Counted from the stretch's first letter, positions 53,496 through 63,210 are shown. The stretch is 64,000 nt of DNA from an uncultured Candidatus Saccharibacteria bacterium (GCA_964569655.1 CAZMTN010000002.1:134295-198294), one strand, 5' to 3'. Numbers and translations: made by a program. The notes: generated by a model not told the origin, from the letters alone.

Positions 53496-55670
53496 CTAGA
53501 ACTCTTCCTGGACGTCGTCCGCGGGCGCGCTCCCGGCGCGGGAGAGGACCTCACGCGGACGGGAGCCGTCTGCAGCCCCGATGACCCCTTTCTCCTCGAG
53601 GAGGTCCATGAGGCGCGCCGCGCGGCTGTAGCCGATGCGGAGCTTACGCTGGAGGTACGAGGTGGATGCACGTCCTGCCTCCTCAACCGCTGCTTTCGCC
53701 TGCTCGTAGAGGTCGTCGTCGACATCGCTGTCCTCGAGGTTCGCTGAGAACATGACCGCGTCGTTCGGCTCGGCCGGCTGGCCGTTCGCACCGAGATCGA
53801 GGGAAGAGAGGTCTCCGGCGTTATTCGCCTTGATATGCGCCACCACCTTCTTCACTTCGGCCTCGCTGATGTACGCGGTCTGGATGCGGACCGGCTTCTG
53901 CATGTCGCTCGAGAGGTAGAGCATGTCTCCGGCGCCGAGGAGCATCTCTGCGCCGCCGCTATCAATGATGGTACGGGAATCGATCTGGCTCGCCACCTGG
54001 AGCGCCATGCGGGTAGGGACGTTCGCCTTGATGAGGCCCGTGATCACGTTCACCGACGGGCGCTGGGTCGAGAGGACGAGGTGGATGCCCACCGCGCGGC
54101 TCATCTGCGCGAGGCGGACGATGCTTGCCTCGAGTTCGCGCGGGTAGCTCTGCATGATGTCCGCGAGCTCATCGATGACGATGACGATGTACGGCATCGC
54201 CTCCGGCATGTTCTCGGACTTCTTCTTGCGTGCCGGCTCCACGATCGTGTTGTGATAGGACTCGATATCGCGGACGGCCTCCGTCTCGAGGATGTTGTAG
54301 CGGCGCTCCATCTCCTTCGCCGCCCATTTGAGCGAGAGGATGCACTTCTTTGGGTCCGTGATGACCGGGGTCAACAGGTGCGGGATGCCGTTGTATCCGG
54401 TGAGCTCGACGCGCTTCGGGTCCACCATGATGAAGCGCAGCTGGTTCGGGCCGTTGCGGTAGAGGAGCGAGGTGATGAGCGCATGGATAGCCACCGACTT
54501 TCCGGATCCGGTCGCGCCGGCGACAAGGCCGTGCGGCATCTTCGCTACGTTCACGTAGTGCGGCGTGCCGGTGATGTCGCGGCCGATGGCGGCGAGGAGC
54601 GGCTTCTTGCTCTCGGTCCACTCCGGGACGGAGATGATGCCCGCGAGGCCGACCGTCGCCTTGGTCGAGTTCGGCACTTCGATGCCGACCAATGACTTGC
54701 CCGGGATAGGCGCCTCGATGCGCACCGGGTGTGCGGCCAGCGCGAGCTCGAGGTTCGACTGGAGGCTGATGATCTTCGAGAGGCGGACGCCCTCTGCCGG
54801 CTTCACGGCATAGCGGGTGACGGTCGGACCGACCGATACTTCGTCCATCTCCACGTTGATGCCGAAGTTCTGGAAGGTGCGCTTGATGATATTGGCGTTC
54901 GCCTTGATGTCGCCCGTGCCCGGCTTCCCGGTATCCGAGCCTAGGAGGGAGAGGGGAGGGGGATTGTATTCCGCATCGAAATTGGCGATAGAACCGACTG
55001 GCCCGGCAGCTTCCGCGCCCTGCGGCCGATTGAAGACGCTGATGACCGGTTCCTTCTCAGGAGCCGCTGGCGCAGGTTCCTCCGGGACGTAGCTGTCCTG
55101 GCTCGCGTCTGCTGAAGCAGTGCCGAACGCAGGGAGGGATACGTTGCTGAGCGCATCTCCCGCGGCATCCTTGGTCTTGTTCGCAGTGGTCGAAATGAAT
55201 TCGAGGAAGGCGCCGATATCGATGACGAGCACTGCGCCGACTGCCGATACCGCCAATAGGATGATGAGCGCTCCGCCGATGCCGAACGCGGACACCGCGC
55301 TCTGTCCGACATAGTCTCCCGCGACGCCGCCGAGCGCATGGCTCACGAGTCCCATGAGGCCGAGAAGCGCGACGATGATAAGCGTGCCTCCTGCCACGGT
55401 CTTGCCGCTCGCGAAGGTGCGCTCGAGCATGAGACCGAGGCCAAGACCGATCACCACCACCGGCAATAGGTATGCGGCGACGCCGAGATAGCCGAAGGCG
55501 TAAGTGAAGAGCGCGTCCCCGATGGGTCCGCCGAGCGTGAGCGGCTTCAAGGAGATGAGGAGGATGAGGCCGAAGGCGACAAGCGCGATCGAGCCGACCC
55601 ATTTGATGAGCGTCCGATAGTGTCCGGGCTTCGGTGCCGGCTTTTGGGACTTCCTCCGCTGCTGTTTCAT
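53496..55670 (-). CDS. ftsK: DNA translocase FtsK/SpoIIIE
   Basis: 724 aa; four N-terminal TM helices; linker; RecA-like motor with Walker A GATGSGKS; C-terminal gamma winged helix. Confidence 0.9.
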   Translation of the reverse strand: MKQQRRKSQKPAPKPGHYRTLIKWVGSIALVAFGLILLISLKPLTLGGPIGDALFTYAFGYLGVAAYLLPVVVIGLGLGLMLERTFASGKTVAGGTLIIVALLGLMGLVSHALGGVAGDYVGQSAVSAFGIGGALIILLAVSAVGAVLVIDIGAFLEFISTTANKTKDAAGDALSNVSLPAFGTASADASQDSYVPEEPAPAAPEKEPVISVFNRPQGAEAAGPVGSIANFDAEYNPPPLSLLGSDTGKPGTGDIKANANIIKRTFQNFGINVEMDEVSVGPTVTRYAVKPAEGVRLSKIISLQSNLELALAAHPVRIEAPIPGKSLVGIEVPNSTKATVGLAGIISVPEWTESKKPLLAAIGRDITGTPHYVNVAKMPHGLVAGATGSGKSVAIHALITSLLYRNGPNQLRFIMVDPKRVELTGYNGIPHLLTPVITDPKKCILSLKWAAKEMERRYNILETEAVRDIESYHNTIVEPARKKKSENMPEAMPYIVIVIDELADIMQSYPRELEASIVRLAQMSRAVGIHLVLSTQRPSVNVITGLIKANVPTRMALQVASQIDSRTIIDSGGAEMLLGAGDMLYLSSDMQKPVRIQTAYISEAEVKKVVAHIKANNAGDLSSLDLGANGQPAEPNDAVMFSANLEDSDVDDDLYEQAKAAVEEAGRASTSYLQRKLRIGYSRAARLMDLLEEKGVIGAADGSRPREVLSRAGSAPADDVQEEF

Positions 55671-55838
55671 GCACAGATTTTACCATTGTATTCCTCAATC
55701 CGTCGCGCAGCCGCAAGGTTTATTGAAGAATAGCCACTCGCGCATTGGGACACGTTACCCGGGCAATAAAAGACTTGCGTCCGTGATGCGAAAGGACATA
55801 TACTTACGGACAAGTGAGGCAAATTCTTAGAGACAAAT

Positions 55839-56594
55839 ATGGAAAATAAAGGACAGAATAGTGTCTCAAATACAAACTCGAGAGTGAGTTCCGTAGACAG
55901 TTTCGTCCTAGAAAAAGGCATATTCTCCAACATATTCGGAAAGGACATAAAGAGGATTTACATATACAAGAAGGCGGAGCGATTGGCCCGTGCAGTCCAC
56001 CTGGTCGCTCCGGCATTCAGCTACTCGCCGTCCTTGAAGCAGCGTGCGGACGAGCTCGCCATGGCGCTCGTGGATGCGGCCGTCCTTGAGCCCCACGTAG
56101 CTCGCCCGGCGCTCTCTAAGGAACTCCTCTCGCTTTCGAGCCTCCTCTCGATCGCTCGCACCAGTAACCTCCTCTCCCCGATGAATGCGGATCTGATAGC
56201 CAGGGAAGCGCACCTGCTTCTTGAGGAGGTGGCTACCTATGAGGAGCCGCGCGTCTCGTTCGATGCGATGCCTTCGCTCGCGGAGCTCGCGAAATCATCG
56301 CCGAGGAGAGAGGCGGTCGCGTCCAGGACGGAGCCAAAGAAGCCAGCAAAACTCGTCTCGACCCCGTCCATTCCTAAAGGACATCTATCGGACAATCCTC
56401 AGAAGGAAGGGCGGCGAGAGGCGGTGCTCTCCATTCTCAGGTCCAAAGGGCCGTCTCATATAAAGGATATTTCCATGCTGATCCGGGACGTGAGCGAGAA
56501 GACCATCCAGCGCGAACTGCAGGCCCTGGTGGACGAGAGGAGGGTAACTAAGGAAGGGAAGCGTCGCTGGACCAAATATACCCTCGCGGACTAG
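55839..56594 (+). CDS. hypothetical regulator-like protein with C-terminal winged-helix DNA-binding domain (lower-GC island)
   Basis: 251 aa; C-terminal KDISMLIRDVSEKTIQRELQALVDERRV wHTH-like; AT-richer codon usage than neighbours. Confidence 0.45.
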   Translation: MENKGQNSVSNTNSRVSSVDSFVLEKGIFSNIFGKDIKRIYIYKKAERLARAVHLVAPAFSYSPSLKQRADELAMALVDAAVLEPHVARPALSKELLSLSSLLSIARTSNLLSPMNADLIAREAHLLLEEVATYEEPRVSFDAMPSLAELAKSSPRREAVASRTEPKKPAKLVSTPSIPKGHLSDNPQKEGRREAVLSILRSKGPSHIKDISMLIRDVSEKTIQRELQALVDERRVTKEGKRRWTKYTLAD

Positions 56595-57089
56595 CGGTTT
56601 TCCCGCCTAATCGGGGCTCATCTGGCCTTCATGCTGCTGATTGACTAAAGGGCCCAAAAGCTATAGATTTAGCTTGTGGGGAAACAATAGCCATAGGGGA
56701 GGTATGGGACCGGCAACGGTCTCTTCATGCTATATCCCCGGGGCCTGTGTTATCCACATTAAATACGTAAGGAATGGGCGGCTCGTCCGTATACTTACGT
56801 GTACTGACTCGGGGTAAGACCCGATCAGGGGACTTTGAAAACTGAATAGGGAAACTGGTTCAGTCGCGTAAGCAATTACGCGCGTAGCCGTCTACGTAAA
56901 TGGCGGCACATACAGACATGGAAGTCCTCCCAGACACGGATGCATGACCGGACGAACAATTTTGCCAGCTAGCCGATGGGGCGTGAGTCGATAAAGCGTC
57001 CTGTCGGATAGTGTGAAAGTGCGCTTCGTGCGAAACGCAAATTACCACAAAGGGCGTGTGACGGGGCGGCGATTTAGATCGCTCCTCGC
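56595..57089. other. about 495-nt ORF-free, hairpin-rich noncoding region (candidate structured RNA or long 5' leader)
   Basis: no ORF over 80 aa; several GNRA-capped hairpins (gaccg-gcaa-cggtc; gcgtaa-gcaa-ttacgc; cgtag-ccgt-ctacg; gcgat-ttag-atcgc); lower GC. Confidence 0.35.
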
Positions 57090-59009
57090 ATGTCTCTAAC
57101 ATTAATTAACAAAACGATTGTTATGACTAGCTCAAACACAAACGCTGTTGCGAAATTCGCAGCTGTCGTCGCTGGTCTCGGACTCGTAGCTATGTCGTTC
57201 GCTTCTTTTGCTCCGGCAAAGGCAGCAACGCAGGCTGAGCTCGAGGCACAGATCGCGGCCCTCATGGCCCAGATCGCAGCACTCTCAGGCGGATCATCCG
57301 CTTCTATGACCTTCACGATGGATCTCACGATCGGATCGTCAGGCGCAGAAGTAACCGCACTTCAGAACTGGCTTATCAGCAAGGGATACTCGATCCCGGC
57401 AGGCGCAACTGGATACTTCGGTGCCCAGACGCAGGCTGCACTTGCTGCATACCAGGCAGCTAACGGCATCTCACCGGCAGCAGGATACTTTGGCCCGATC
57501 ACTCGCGCTAAGGTAAACGCTTCAGGTGGATCAACCGGCGGCTCGACCGGAGGTTCTACCGGCGGTTCTACCGGCGGCCTCTCAGGCGGCGCAGGTTCTA
57601 TCGACAGCTTCGACGAAATCGGATCTCTCTCTAACGAGCACGTTGGTGAGGACGAAGAGGACGTAGAAGTTGCAGGCCTCGAGATCGAGGTTGACGATGG
57701 ATCTGACATTGAGATCACTGCAGTTCGCCTCGACTTCTCAACCCAGCCTGGAAACGATGATCTCGATGAATTCATCACCGAGGTATCTATCTGGTGCGAC
57801 GGCGAGGAGTTCGCTCGCGTAGATGCAGATGAGTTCAATGATGACAACGACTGGACGAAGACCGTTTCCCTCGACGATGGCTGTGTCATCGATGCAGGTG
57901 ACACGGGCGAGCTCACTGTCGCTGTTAGCGGTGTAAACAACGTTGACACTGGCGATGCAGGTGATGACTGGGGTCTTGATTTCGTAAGCGTCCGCTTTGT
58001 GGATGCTGACGGAGCAACGATCACTGAGACCACCGGCACCGATGAGTTCCTCTTCGATGTCGAGACCTTCGCTGACGCAGCTGACGCTGAGCTCTCTATC
58101 TCTCTCACCGATGGTGACGATGCAGATGACATCAACGATGCTCACGTGATCAACGTTGACGACAACGATGAGACTGAAGCAGATATTCTTGCCTTCACCG
58201 CTGAGGTTGAGGGAGACTCTGACCTCACTGTCGACGATATTGTTGTTGAATTCGTAGTTACGGGCGCAGCAGGTCTTGAGAACATGGCAGCTACTGCCTA
58301 CCTCATGCTTGACGGCGAAGTAGTCGGCGAGGAAAACATCCCTGCTGACGAAACCGTAACCTTCGACGACCTCGATCTTGAACTCGAGGCAGGCGAAGAG
58401 TATGAGTTCACTGTCACCGTAGACCTTCTTGAAGGCCTCACTGACGGCTGGACCATCATGGCAGAAGTCACTGACGATGAGACTGATCTCTGGGACGTTG
58501 AGGATGAGAGTGGTGAGGAGCTTGCAGACGCAGCCAAGACTGGAACTGCTGCAGGTGACGCACATGGCGTCTACGACAGCGGAATCATGGTTGAGTTCGT
58601 CTCAGCTGATGAGAGCGTAACTTCTCCGGAGACCGGAGCAGATCGCGGAACCTTCACCATCGTCTTCGACGTGACGGCATTCGATGCTGACGCATATGTC
58701 GACGCATCTGCGATTACTGATGAGGCTGGAGGCACAACCTACCAGAACATCGTAGTGGACAATGCAGTCGGTACTGGCGTTCTTACATCGAACGCTCCTA
58801 CGGCAGCCAACGACACGTATCGTGTTCGTGAAGACCGCACTGAGCGCTTCACGCTTACGATTAACGCACCGGCTGGTGCCGATGGATTCGTCCGTGCAGC
58901 ACTCGAGAGCGTCCTCTACGCAGCAACTGCTGTTGATGGCGACCTCCTCTACACGTTCGATATGTCTGACTACAAGACGGACAGCGTTTACCTCGACACC
59001 AACGCCTAA
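57090..59009 (+). CDS. secreted acidic surface protein: N-terminal signal/anchor, coiled-coil, PG_binding_1 domain, (GGST)n linker, large Asp/Glu-rich beta region
   Basis: 639 aa (possible start at 57121); PG-binding motif SGAEVTALQNWLISKGY...GYFGAQTQAALAAYQAANGI; very acidic body. Confidence 0.65.
   Translation: MSLTLINKTIVMTSSNTNAVAKFAAVVAGLGLVAMSFASFAPAKAATQAELEAQIAALMAQIAALSGGSSASMTFTMDLTIGSSGAEVTALQNWLISKGYSIPAGATGYFGAQTQAALAAYQAANGISPAAGYFGPITRAKVNASGGSTGGSTGGSTGGSTGGLSGGAGSIDSFDEIGSLSNEHVGEDEEDVEVAGLEIEVDDGSDIEITAVRLDFSTQPGNDDLDEFITEVSIWCDGEEFARVDADEFNDDNDWTKTVSLDDGCVIDAGDTGELTVAVSGVNNVDTGDAGDDWGLDFVSVRFVDADGATITETTGTDEFLFDVETFADAADAELSISLTDGDDADDINDAHVINVDDNDETEADILAFTAEVEGDSDLTVDDIVVEFVVTGAAGLENMAATAYLMLDGEVVGEENIPADETVTFDDLDLELEAGEEYEFTVTVDLLEGLTDGWTIMAEVTDDETDLWDVEDESGEELADAAKTGTAAGDAHGVYDSGIMVEFVSADESVTSPETGADRGTFTIVFDVTAFDADAYVDASAITDEAGGTTYQNIVVDNAVGTGVLTSNAPTAANDTYRVREDRTERFTLTINAPAGADGFVRAALESVLYAATAVDGDLLYTFDMSDYKTDSVYLDTNA
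57531..57590 (+). repeat. in-frame tandem repeat encoding a (GGST)n flexible linker
   Basis: tcaaccggcggctcgaccggaggttctaccggcggttctaccggcggc. Confidence 0.6.
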
Positions 59010-59056
59010 CTCACGTTAAGCGCTGACTGAAGGTAAAACCTGAAAGTTAAGTAAGC

Positions 59057-59086
59057 AAAAACCACCCTTCGGGGTGGTTTTTGCTT
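59057..59086 (+). terminator. rho-independent terminator
   Basis: aaaaaccaccc-ttcg-gggtggttttt. Confidence 0.7.
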
Positions 59087-59205
59087 TGTTGCGCTATCCC
59101 CAATTCCTTATTCAGACGACACGGCAATACCTTAATGGGCAAGTACACTGCAGGAAGGTATGGGATAACGTATTTAATAGTCACTTTACCAATAACTCTA
59201 TAAAC

Positions 59206-60774
59206 ATGAATCAGGTATTTTCATCCCCTGAGCACGCGCGTCGAACTGCGACAACACTGCTTGCAGCAGCGGCACTCTTTGCTCTCGTGCCTTTCACGGC
59301 GTTCGCGGCAGGAGTAATTGAAGACGAAGAAACTGTTGCGAATGTAGCGGCATCTACTATCCCCGCCATTACCTTCGAAGGAGGGGCCGCAGCTACGAAT
59401 GCAACTTCGACGCTTACTGCGGTCACCAAGGCGAATCTCGCCAATGGTGATTACTTTATTATTTCAGATAGCGCACTTGCGGCAGACGCGGTTTGTTTCT
59501 ATTTTGACGTCGATAATACTCTTGCAAATGACGGGGGAACAGCTGCTGCATGTCAGGCAGCAGATGGTGTAGTAGGAGGAGTCGAGGTGAGCGTTAGTGC
59601 GGACACGACGGCGATCGAAGTCGCTGGGCGCATTCATACGGCGATCACCGCGCAGGTCGCGACCCTTCTCGTCACGTCAACGAATAACGGGGACGGCACG
59701 CTTCTCCTGACTGCAGATACTGCAGGCACGGCAGGCAACATCGCGCTGAACGCTAACTACATGACCGAAGCGGTCACAAACGCGGGCTTTACCCTTACAG
59801 CTCTTACGGGCGGGGCAGCAGCGGTAGCAGCAACGGATACCATAGTCATTCCGGCAGGAATCGTTGCCGCTGCGGCAGATCAGTCAATAACGATCGACGG
59901 CGTCGTCATTGCTCTTGGGGCAACCGCTAAGACAGCGGCAGAAGTCGCTGAAGTCATCGCAGACACGGTTCTTACTGGCGGAACGGTATTCGATGTCACT
60001 CCGTACGATATCGTCGATACAGGTGCGTCTCTTACAATCACAAAAAACACTACCGGCACAGGGGGCAATGGCGCACTTACCATTGCGGATGCAAGTTACG
60101 GCGCCAAAGCGCAAGTAGTGACGTTTACCCCGACAGGAGTCAGCGGCAATGAAAGCTTCAAGGTCACTATCAATGGCAATCAATACAATGTAAGAGGCGC
60201 AACAACGGTCCAGGAAGCCGTTGAGGGGCTTGTGGCCGATATGGCAGAAGATGCTGACGTAACGTGTATTGAGGACAACGTTAAGGTCACCTGCACCGCA
60301 GACGTTCCTGGCACAGCGTTCACCTTTGGCGCAGCAACCACAGGATCAAGTAGTGGCGGCGGCGGTGGTGGCGGAAGCTCAGGCAACAACAATGATGATG
60401 ACGAAGATGAGGACGAGGATTCTTCGAACACTGACATGGACGCAGAAATTGAAAAGCTCCTCGCTCAGGTTAAGGCGCTCCAGGCACAGATGCAGGCCGG
60501 AACCACGAACGGTATCGGCGCAGGCGTCTCTGCCTTCGCTCGCGATCTCGACATGGGGGCAACGGGCTCTGACGTCATGGCGCTCCAGGCATACCTCAAC
60601 GCGAAGGGCTTCATGGTCGCAGAGACCGGTCCTGGCTCGAAGGGTATGGAGACCGAGATGTTCGGGGGCCTTACGCAGGCAGCTCTCGCCAAGTTCCAGG
60701 CATCTGTCGGCATTTCGCCGGCAGTCGGGTACTTCGGTCCGAAGACGCGTGCGTACGTCGCAGCCAACCCGTAA
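59206..60774 (+). CDS. secreted surface protein paralog: signal peptide, Ala/Thr/Gly-rich beta region, poly-Gly/acidic linker, coiled-coil, C-terminal PG_binding_1 domain
   Basis: 522 aa from MNQVFSS; C-terminal GSDVMALQAYLNAKGF...GGLTQAALAKFQASVGISPAVGYFGPKTRAYV; same coiled-coil plus PG-binding module as 57090..59009 but at the opposite terminus. Confidence 0.65.
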   Translation: MNQVFSSPEHARRTATTLLAAAALFALVPFTAFAAGVIEDEETVANVAASTIPAITFEGGAAATNATSTLTAVTKANLANGDYFIISDSALAADAVCFYFDVDNTLANDGGTAAACQAADGVVGGVEVSVSADTTAIEVAGRIHTAITAQVATLLVTSTNNGDGTLLLTADTAGTAGNIALNANYMTEAVTNAGFTLTALTGGAAAVAATDTIVIPAGIVAAAADQSITIDGVVIALGATAKTAAEVAEVIADTVLTGGTVFDVTPYDIVDTGASLTITKNTTGTGGNGALTIADASYGAKAQVVTFTPTGVSGNESFKVTINGNQYNVRGATTVQEAVEGLVADMAEDADVTCIEDNVKVTCTADVPGTAFTFGAATTGSSSGGGGGGGSSGNNNDDDEDEDEDSSNTDMDAEIEKLLAQVKALQAQMQAGTTNGIGAGVSAFARDLDMGATGSDVMALQAYLNAKGFMVAETGPGSKGMETEMFGGLTQAALAKFQASVGISPAVGYFGPKTRAYVAANP

Positions 60775-60795
60775 AGAGACTAGTTAGTGCAAGAC

Positions 60796-60824
60796 AAAAC
60801 AACCGCTACGAGCGGTTGTTTTGC
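60796..60824 (+). terminator. rho-independent terminator
   Basis: aaaacaaccgc-tacga-gcggttgtttt followed by TATAAT. Confidence 0.7.
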
Positions 60825-60837
60825 TATAATCGATGCA

Positions 60838-61310
60838 TGAAGAACCCATATATCATCGCGGGAGTCATCATCATCGCGCTTATCGGCATCTATGCGGTCT
60901 CGCACTGGAGTACGGACGAGCGTACGGCACGCGAGGTGGCCCTGACCTGCACCACGGACATGGCGACGGAATACCACATCCATCCGGTGCTCCGGATCGT
61001 CATTAACGGAGAACAGATTCTGATCCCGGAAAACGTCGGCATATCCCGTGGCTGCATGATGTCCCTTCATACCCATACGCCAGACGGCATCATCCATGTG
61101 GAATCACCGGTACAGCGGGACTTCACGCTCGGCGATTTCTTTGCGGTCTGGGGCCAGACCTTCAATGAAGGCCAGATCTTCGAGCACGAAGCTAATGAGC
61201 AGAATGTTATTACTATGACCGTGAACGGGGAAGCGGTAGACACGTTCGAGGACACTATCCTCAGGGACGACGACCAGATCCTGATCGTGTACGGACCGGT
61301 AGTACAATAG
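60838..61310 (+). CDS. hypothetical membrane-anchored His-rich protein (157 aa)
   Basis: start at MKNPYII; N-terminal TM; HIHPVLRI and LHTHTPDGIIHVE motifs suggest a metal site. Confidence 0.45.
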
Positions 61311-61465
61311 GAGGGTCCATGAAGTACTTCCTTCATTTCCTGAAGTTCACGAGCGGCTTCGCCCTCGTGCTCGCGTTCTCGCTGGTCATCATCCAGGTCG
61401 CTGGGATGGCGTAGTGAGGCTTCTCAATTCCTAACTCATACCACAGTCCCGGCTAATCAAAGCAA

Positions 61466-62017
61466 ATGATAAAACCAACTGATATCAAGGAGGAAATAAG
61501 GAAGAGGCCACCCCTGCAAAGGAAAGATGCATTAAAACATTACGAAGGCGTACGTATAAGCTGGGAAGTGAAGTTTAAGGGAGTTGCAGCACACTCTTCC
61601 CCTGAAAAACTAATAATAAGAACCGAACCGGCGGGAACTGCTATGTATCCCGACATATATTTTCAGGTTCCTGAAGAGGATCGCGCTCAAATAAATCTTC
61701 TTCACGAGGATGCCCCAATTTGGATCGATGGCGAAATTTTCAGTCTCAAAAACGATGGTCTCCAAGTACATATAAATCCCAATAGGATTTCTTTCAGTAG
61801 GAAGGATGAGAAGAATTCCCCTGACGATTCAAGGAGAAGCATCTACAACATTATGCAAGTTCACCACGGGAACGGTGACAATGTAGGGCTAAATAAAAAT
61901 GAAGAGAATCATATGTCGCATAAGCAGTGGTATGAAAAACCAATGGGAATGATAATTCTCGGGATTGTAGTTACGGTCGTAGGTACTGGGATAGTCTATT
62001 ATCTCGGCTGGCAATAG
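61466..62017 (+). CDS. hypothetical tail-anchored protein (183 aa) with AT-rich foreign-looking codon usage
   Basis: ORF; C-terminal TM helix GMIILGIVVTVVGTGIVYYLGW; GC visibly below the genome background. Confidence 0.45.
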   Translation: MIKPTDIKEEIRKRPPLQRKDALKHYEGVRISWEVKFKGVAAHSSPEKLIIRTEPAGTAMYPDIYFQVPEEDRAQINLLHEDAPIWIDGEIFSLKNDGLQVHINPNRISFSRKDEKNSPDDSRRSIYNIMQVHHGNGDNVGLNKNEENHMSHKQWYEKPMGMIILGIVVTVVGTGIVYYLGWQ

Positions 62018-62139
62018 TTAGGGTTACCATGTCCAGCGCTTACCCAAGTGCATTCGAGCTCGCTTTCCCAAATCTCAAGAATTCCTCAAGAAAACCTAAA
62101 GATGGGTAAAAGGCCCAGCTAGCGCTCCCATTCCGTCTC

Positions 62140-62303
62140 TGGTATAGTCCCTCCTGTACGGACCGAAGACAGCGGGTAGCCCGAAAGGGCGATAAATCCT
62201 GCCGAGGGACGAAAGGGTAGGGAAACCTCCCGGTCGACTGTCTCCTCGCATCGGTCCCCGTTTGGGGACCTTTGCCGTTTCGTACAGAAACAACAAACAC
62301 ACA
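62140..62303 (+). promoter_or_regulatory. ribosomal protein L10 (rplJ) leader-like structured 5' UTR
   Basis: about 160-nt GC-rich hairpin-rich leader (cccgaaaggg; gacgaaaggg; ggtccccgtttggggacc) with no Shine-Dalgarno before rplJ. Confidence 0.4.
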
Positions 62304-62792
62304 ATGGCTATTACCAAAGCAAAGAAGGAGGATATTGTCGCAAAGCTCACTGATGCTTTCGCGAAGGCGACTTCGGTCGTGTTCGTTAAGTTCAATAATC
62401 TTTCAGTGCTCGACACTGCAGCGATGCGTAAGGCTCTCAAGGCGGACGGTACTCAGTACTACGTCGCCAAGAAGACCCTTATCCGTCGCGCGCTCGCTAC
62501 TCGCGGCTTCACGGGAGATCTCCCGGAGCTTAACGGCGAAGTGGCAGTGGCATGGAGCGAGACCGACGCTACGGCGCCGGCACGCGGCATCCATGAGCAC
62601 GGAAAGAAGCACAAGGGCATGCTCACCATCATCGGTGGCGTGTTCGAGGACGTGTTCGCCGATGCGGCCAAGATGACCGCCATCGCGACGATCCCATCGG
62701 TATCGGTGCTCCGCGGCATGTTCGCGAACGTTATCAACTCGCCTCGCGCCCGCTTCGCGGTAGCGCTCGGTGAAGTAGCAAAGCTTAAATAA
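62304..62792 (+). CDS. rplJ: 50S ribosomal protein L10
   Basis: start at MAITKAKKEDIVAKL; L10 pattern; followed by rplL. Confidence 0.85.
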   Translation: MAITKAKKEDIVAKLTDAFAKATSVVFVKFNNLSVLDTAAMRKALKADGTQYYVAKKTLIRRALATRGFTGDLPELNGEVAVAWSETDATAPARGIHEHGKKHKGMLTIIGGVFEDVFADAAKMTAIATIPSVSVLRGMFANVINSPRARFAVALGEVAKLK

Positions 62793-62795
62793 TTT

Positions 62796-63161
62796 ATGAA
62801 CCAGGAACAGATCATCGAAGCAGTGGAGAAGATGACCGTCCTCGAGCTCAACACGCTCGTGAAGGCCATCGAGGAGAAGTGGGGCGTGTCCGCGACTGCG
62901 GCCGCCGCAGCTCCGGCAGCAGGCGCAGCCGCTGGCGGCGAGGAGGGCAAGTCCTCATTCGACGTCGAGCTTACCGATGCAGGCGCAGCCAAGATTGCTG
63001 TCATCAAGGCAGTGAAGGAGGCACTCGGCCTCGGCCTCAAGGAAGCGAAGGATCTCGTCGACGGCGCACCGTCCGTCGTGAAGGCCGGCGCGAAGAAGGA
63101 GGAGGCAGAAGACCTCAAGAAGAAGATCGAGGAGGCAGGCGGAAAGGTTACCCTCAAGTAA
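62796..63161 (+). CDS. rplL: 50S ribosomal protein L7/L12
   Basis: 121 aa; N-terminal dimerisation helix; Ala/Pro hinge; C-terminal [27 protein letters not shown]. Confidence 0.92.
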   Translation: MNQEQIIEAVEKMTVLELNTLVKAIEEKWGVSATAAAAAPAAGAAAGGEEGKSSFDVELTDAGAAKIAVIKAVKEALGLGLKEAKDLVDGAPSVVKAGAKKEEAEDLKKKIEEAGGKVTLK

Positions 63162-63180
63162 CGCTCTCGCAAGCAAGAAG

Positions 63181-63210
63181 AAACGGCGCCTTTTGGGGCG
63201 CCGTTTCGCT
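63181..63210. terminator. bidirectional rho-independent terminator after rplL
   Basis: aaacggcgcc-ttttgg-ggcgccgttt; no rpoB follows. Confidence 0.65.

Noticed and set aside
56595-57089. The 495-nt noncoding region as RNase P RNA, tmRNA, SRP RNA, or a cobalamin, TPP, glycine or c-di-GMP riboswitch
   Set aside because: It has a GGAAGUCC-like string but no matching P4 partner (CCGGCUUA-like) in the right order on either strand, no GGUGCGGUAAGAGCGCACC-like CR-IV, no tRNA-like T-arm or CCA end for tmRNA, and no B12 box, CUGAGA or other riboswitch cores. It is kept only as an unclassified structured-RNA candidate.
57531-57590. Short tandem repeats (ggcggttctaccggc...) as a possible CRISPR-like or VNTR element
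   Set aside because: They are in-frame within a convincing ORF and encode a (GGST)n linker. There are no spacers and no cas genes anywhere in the window.
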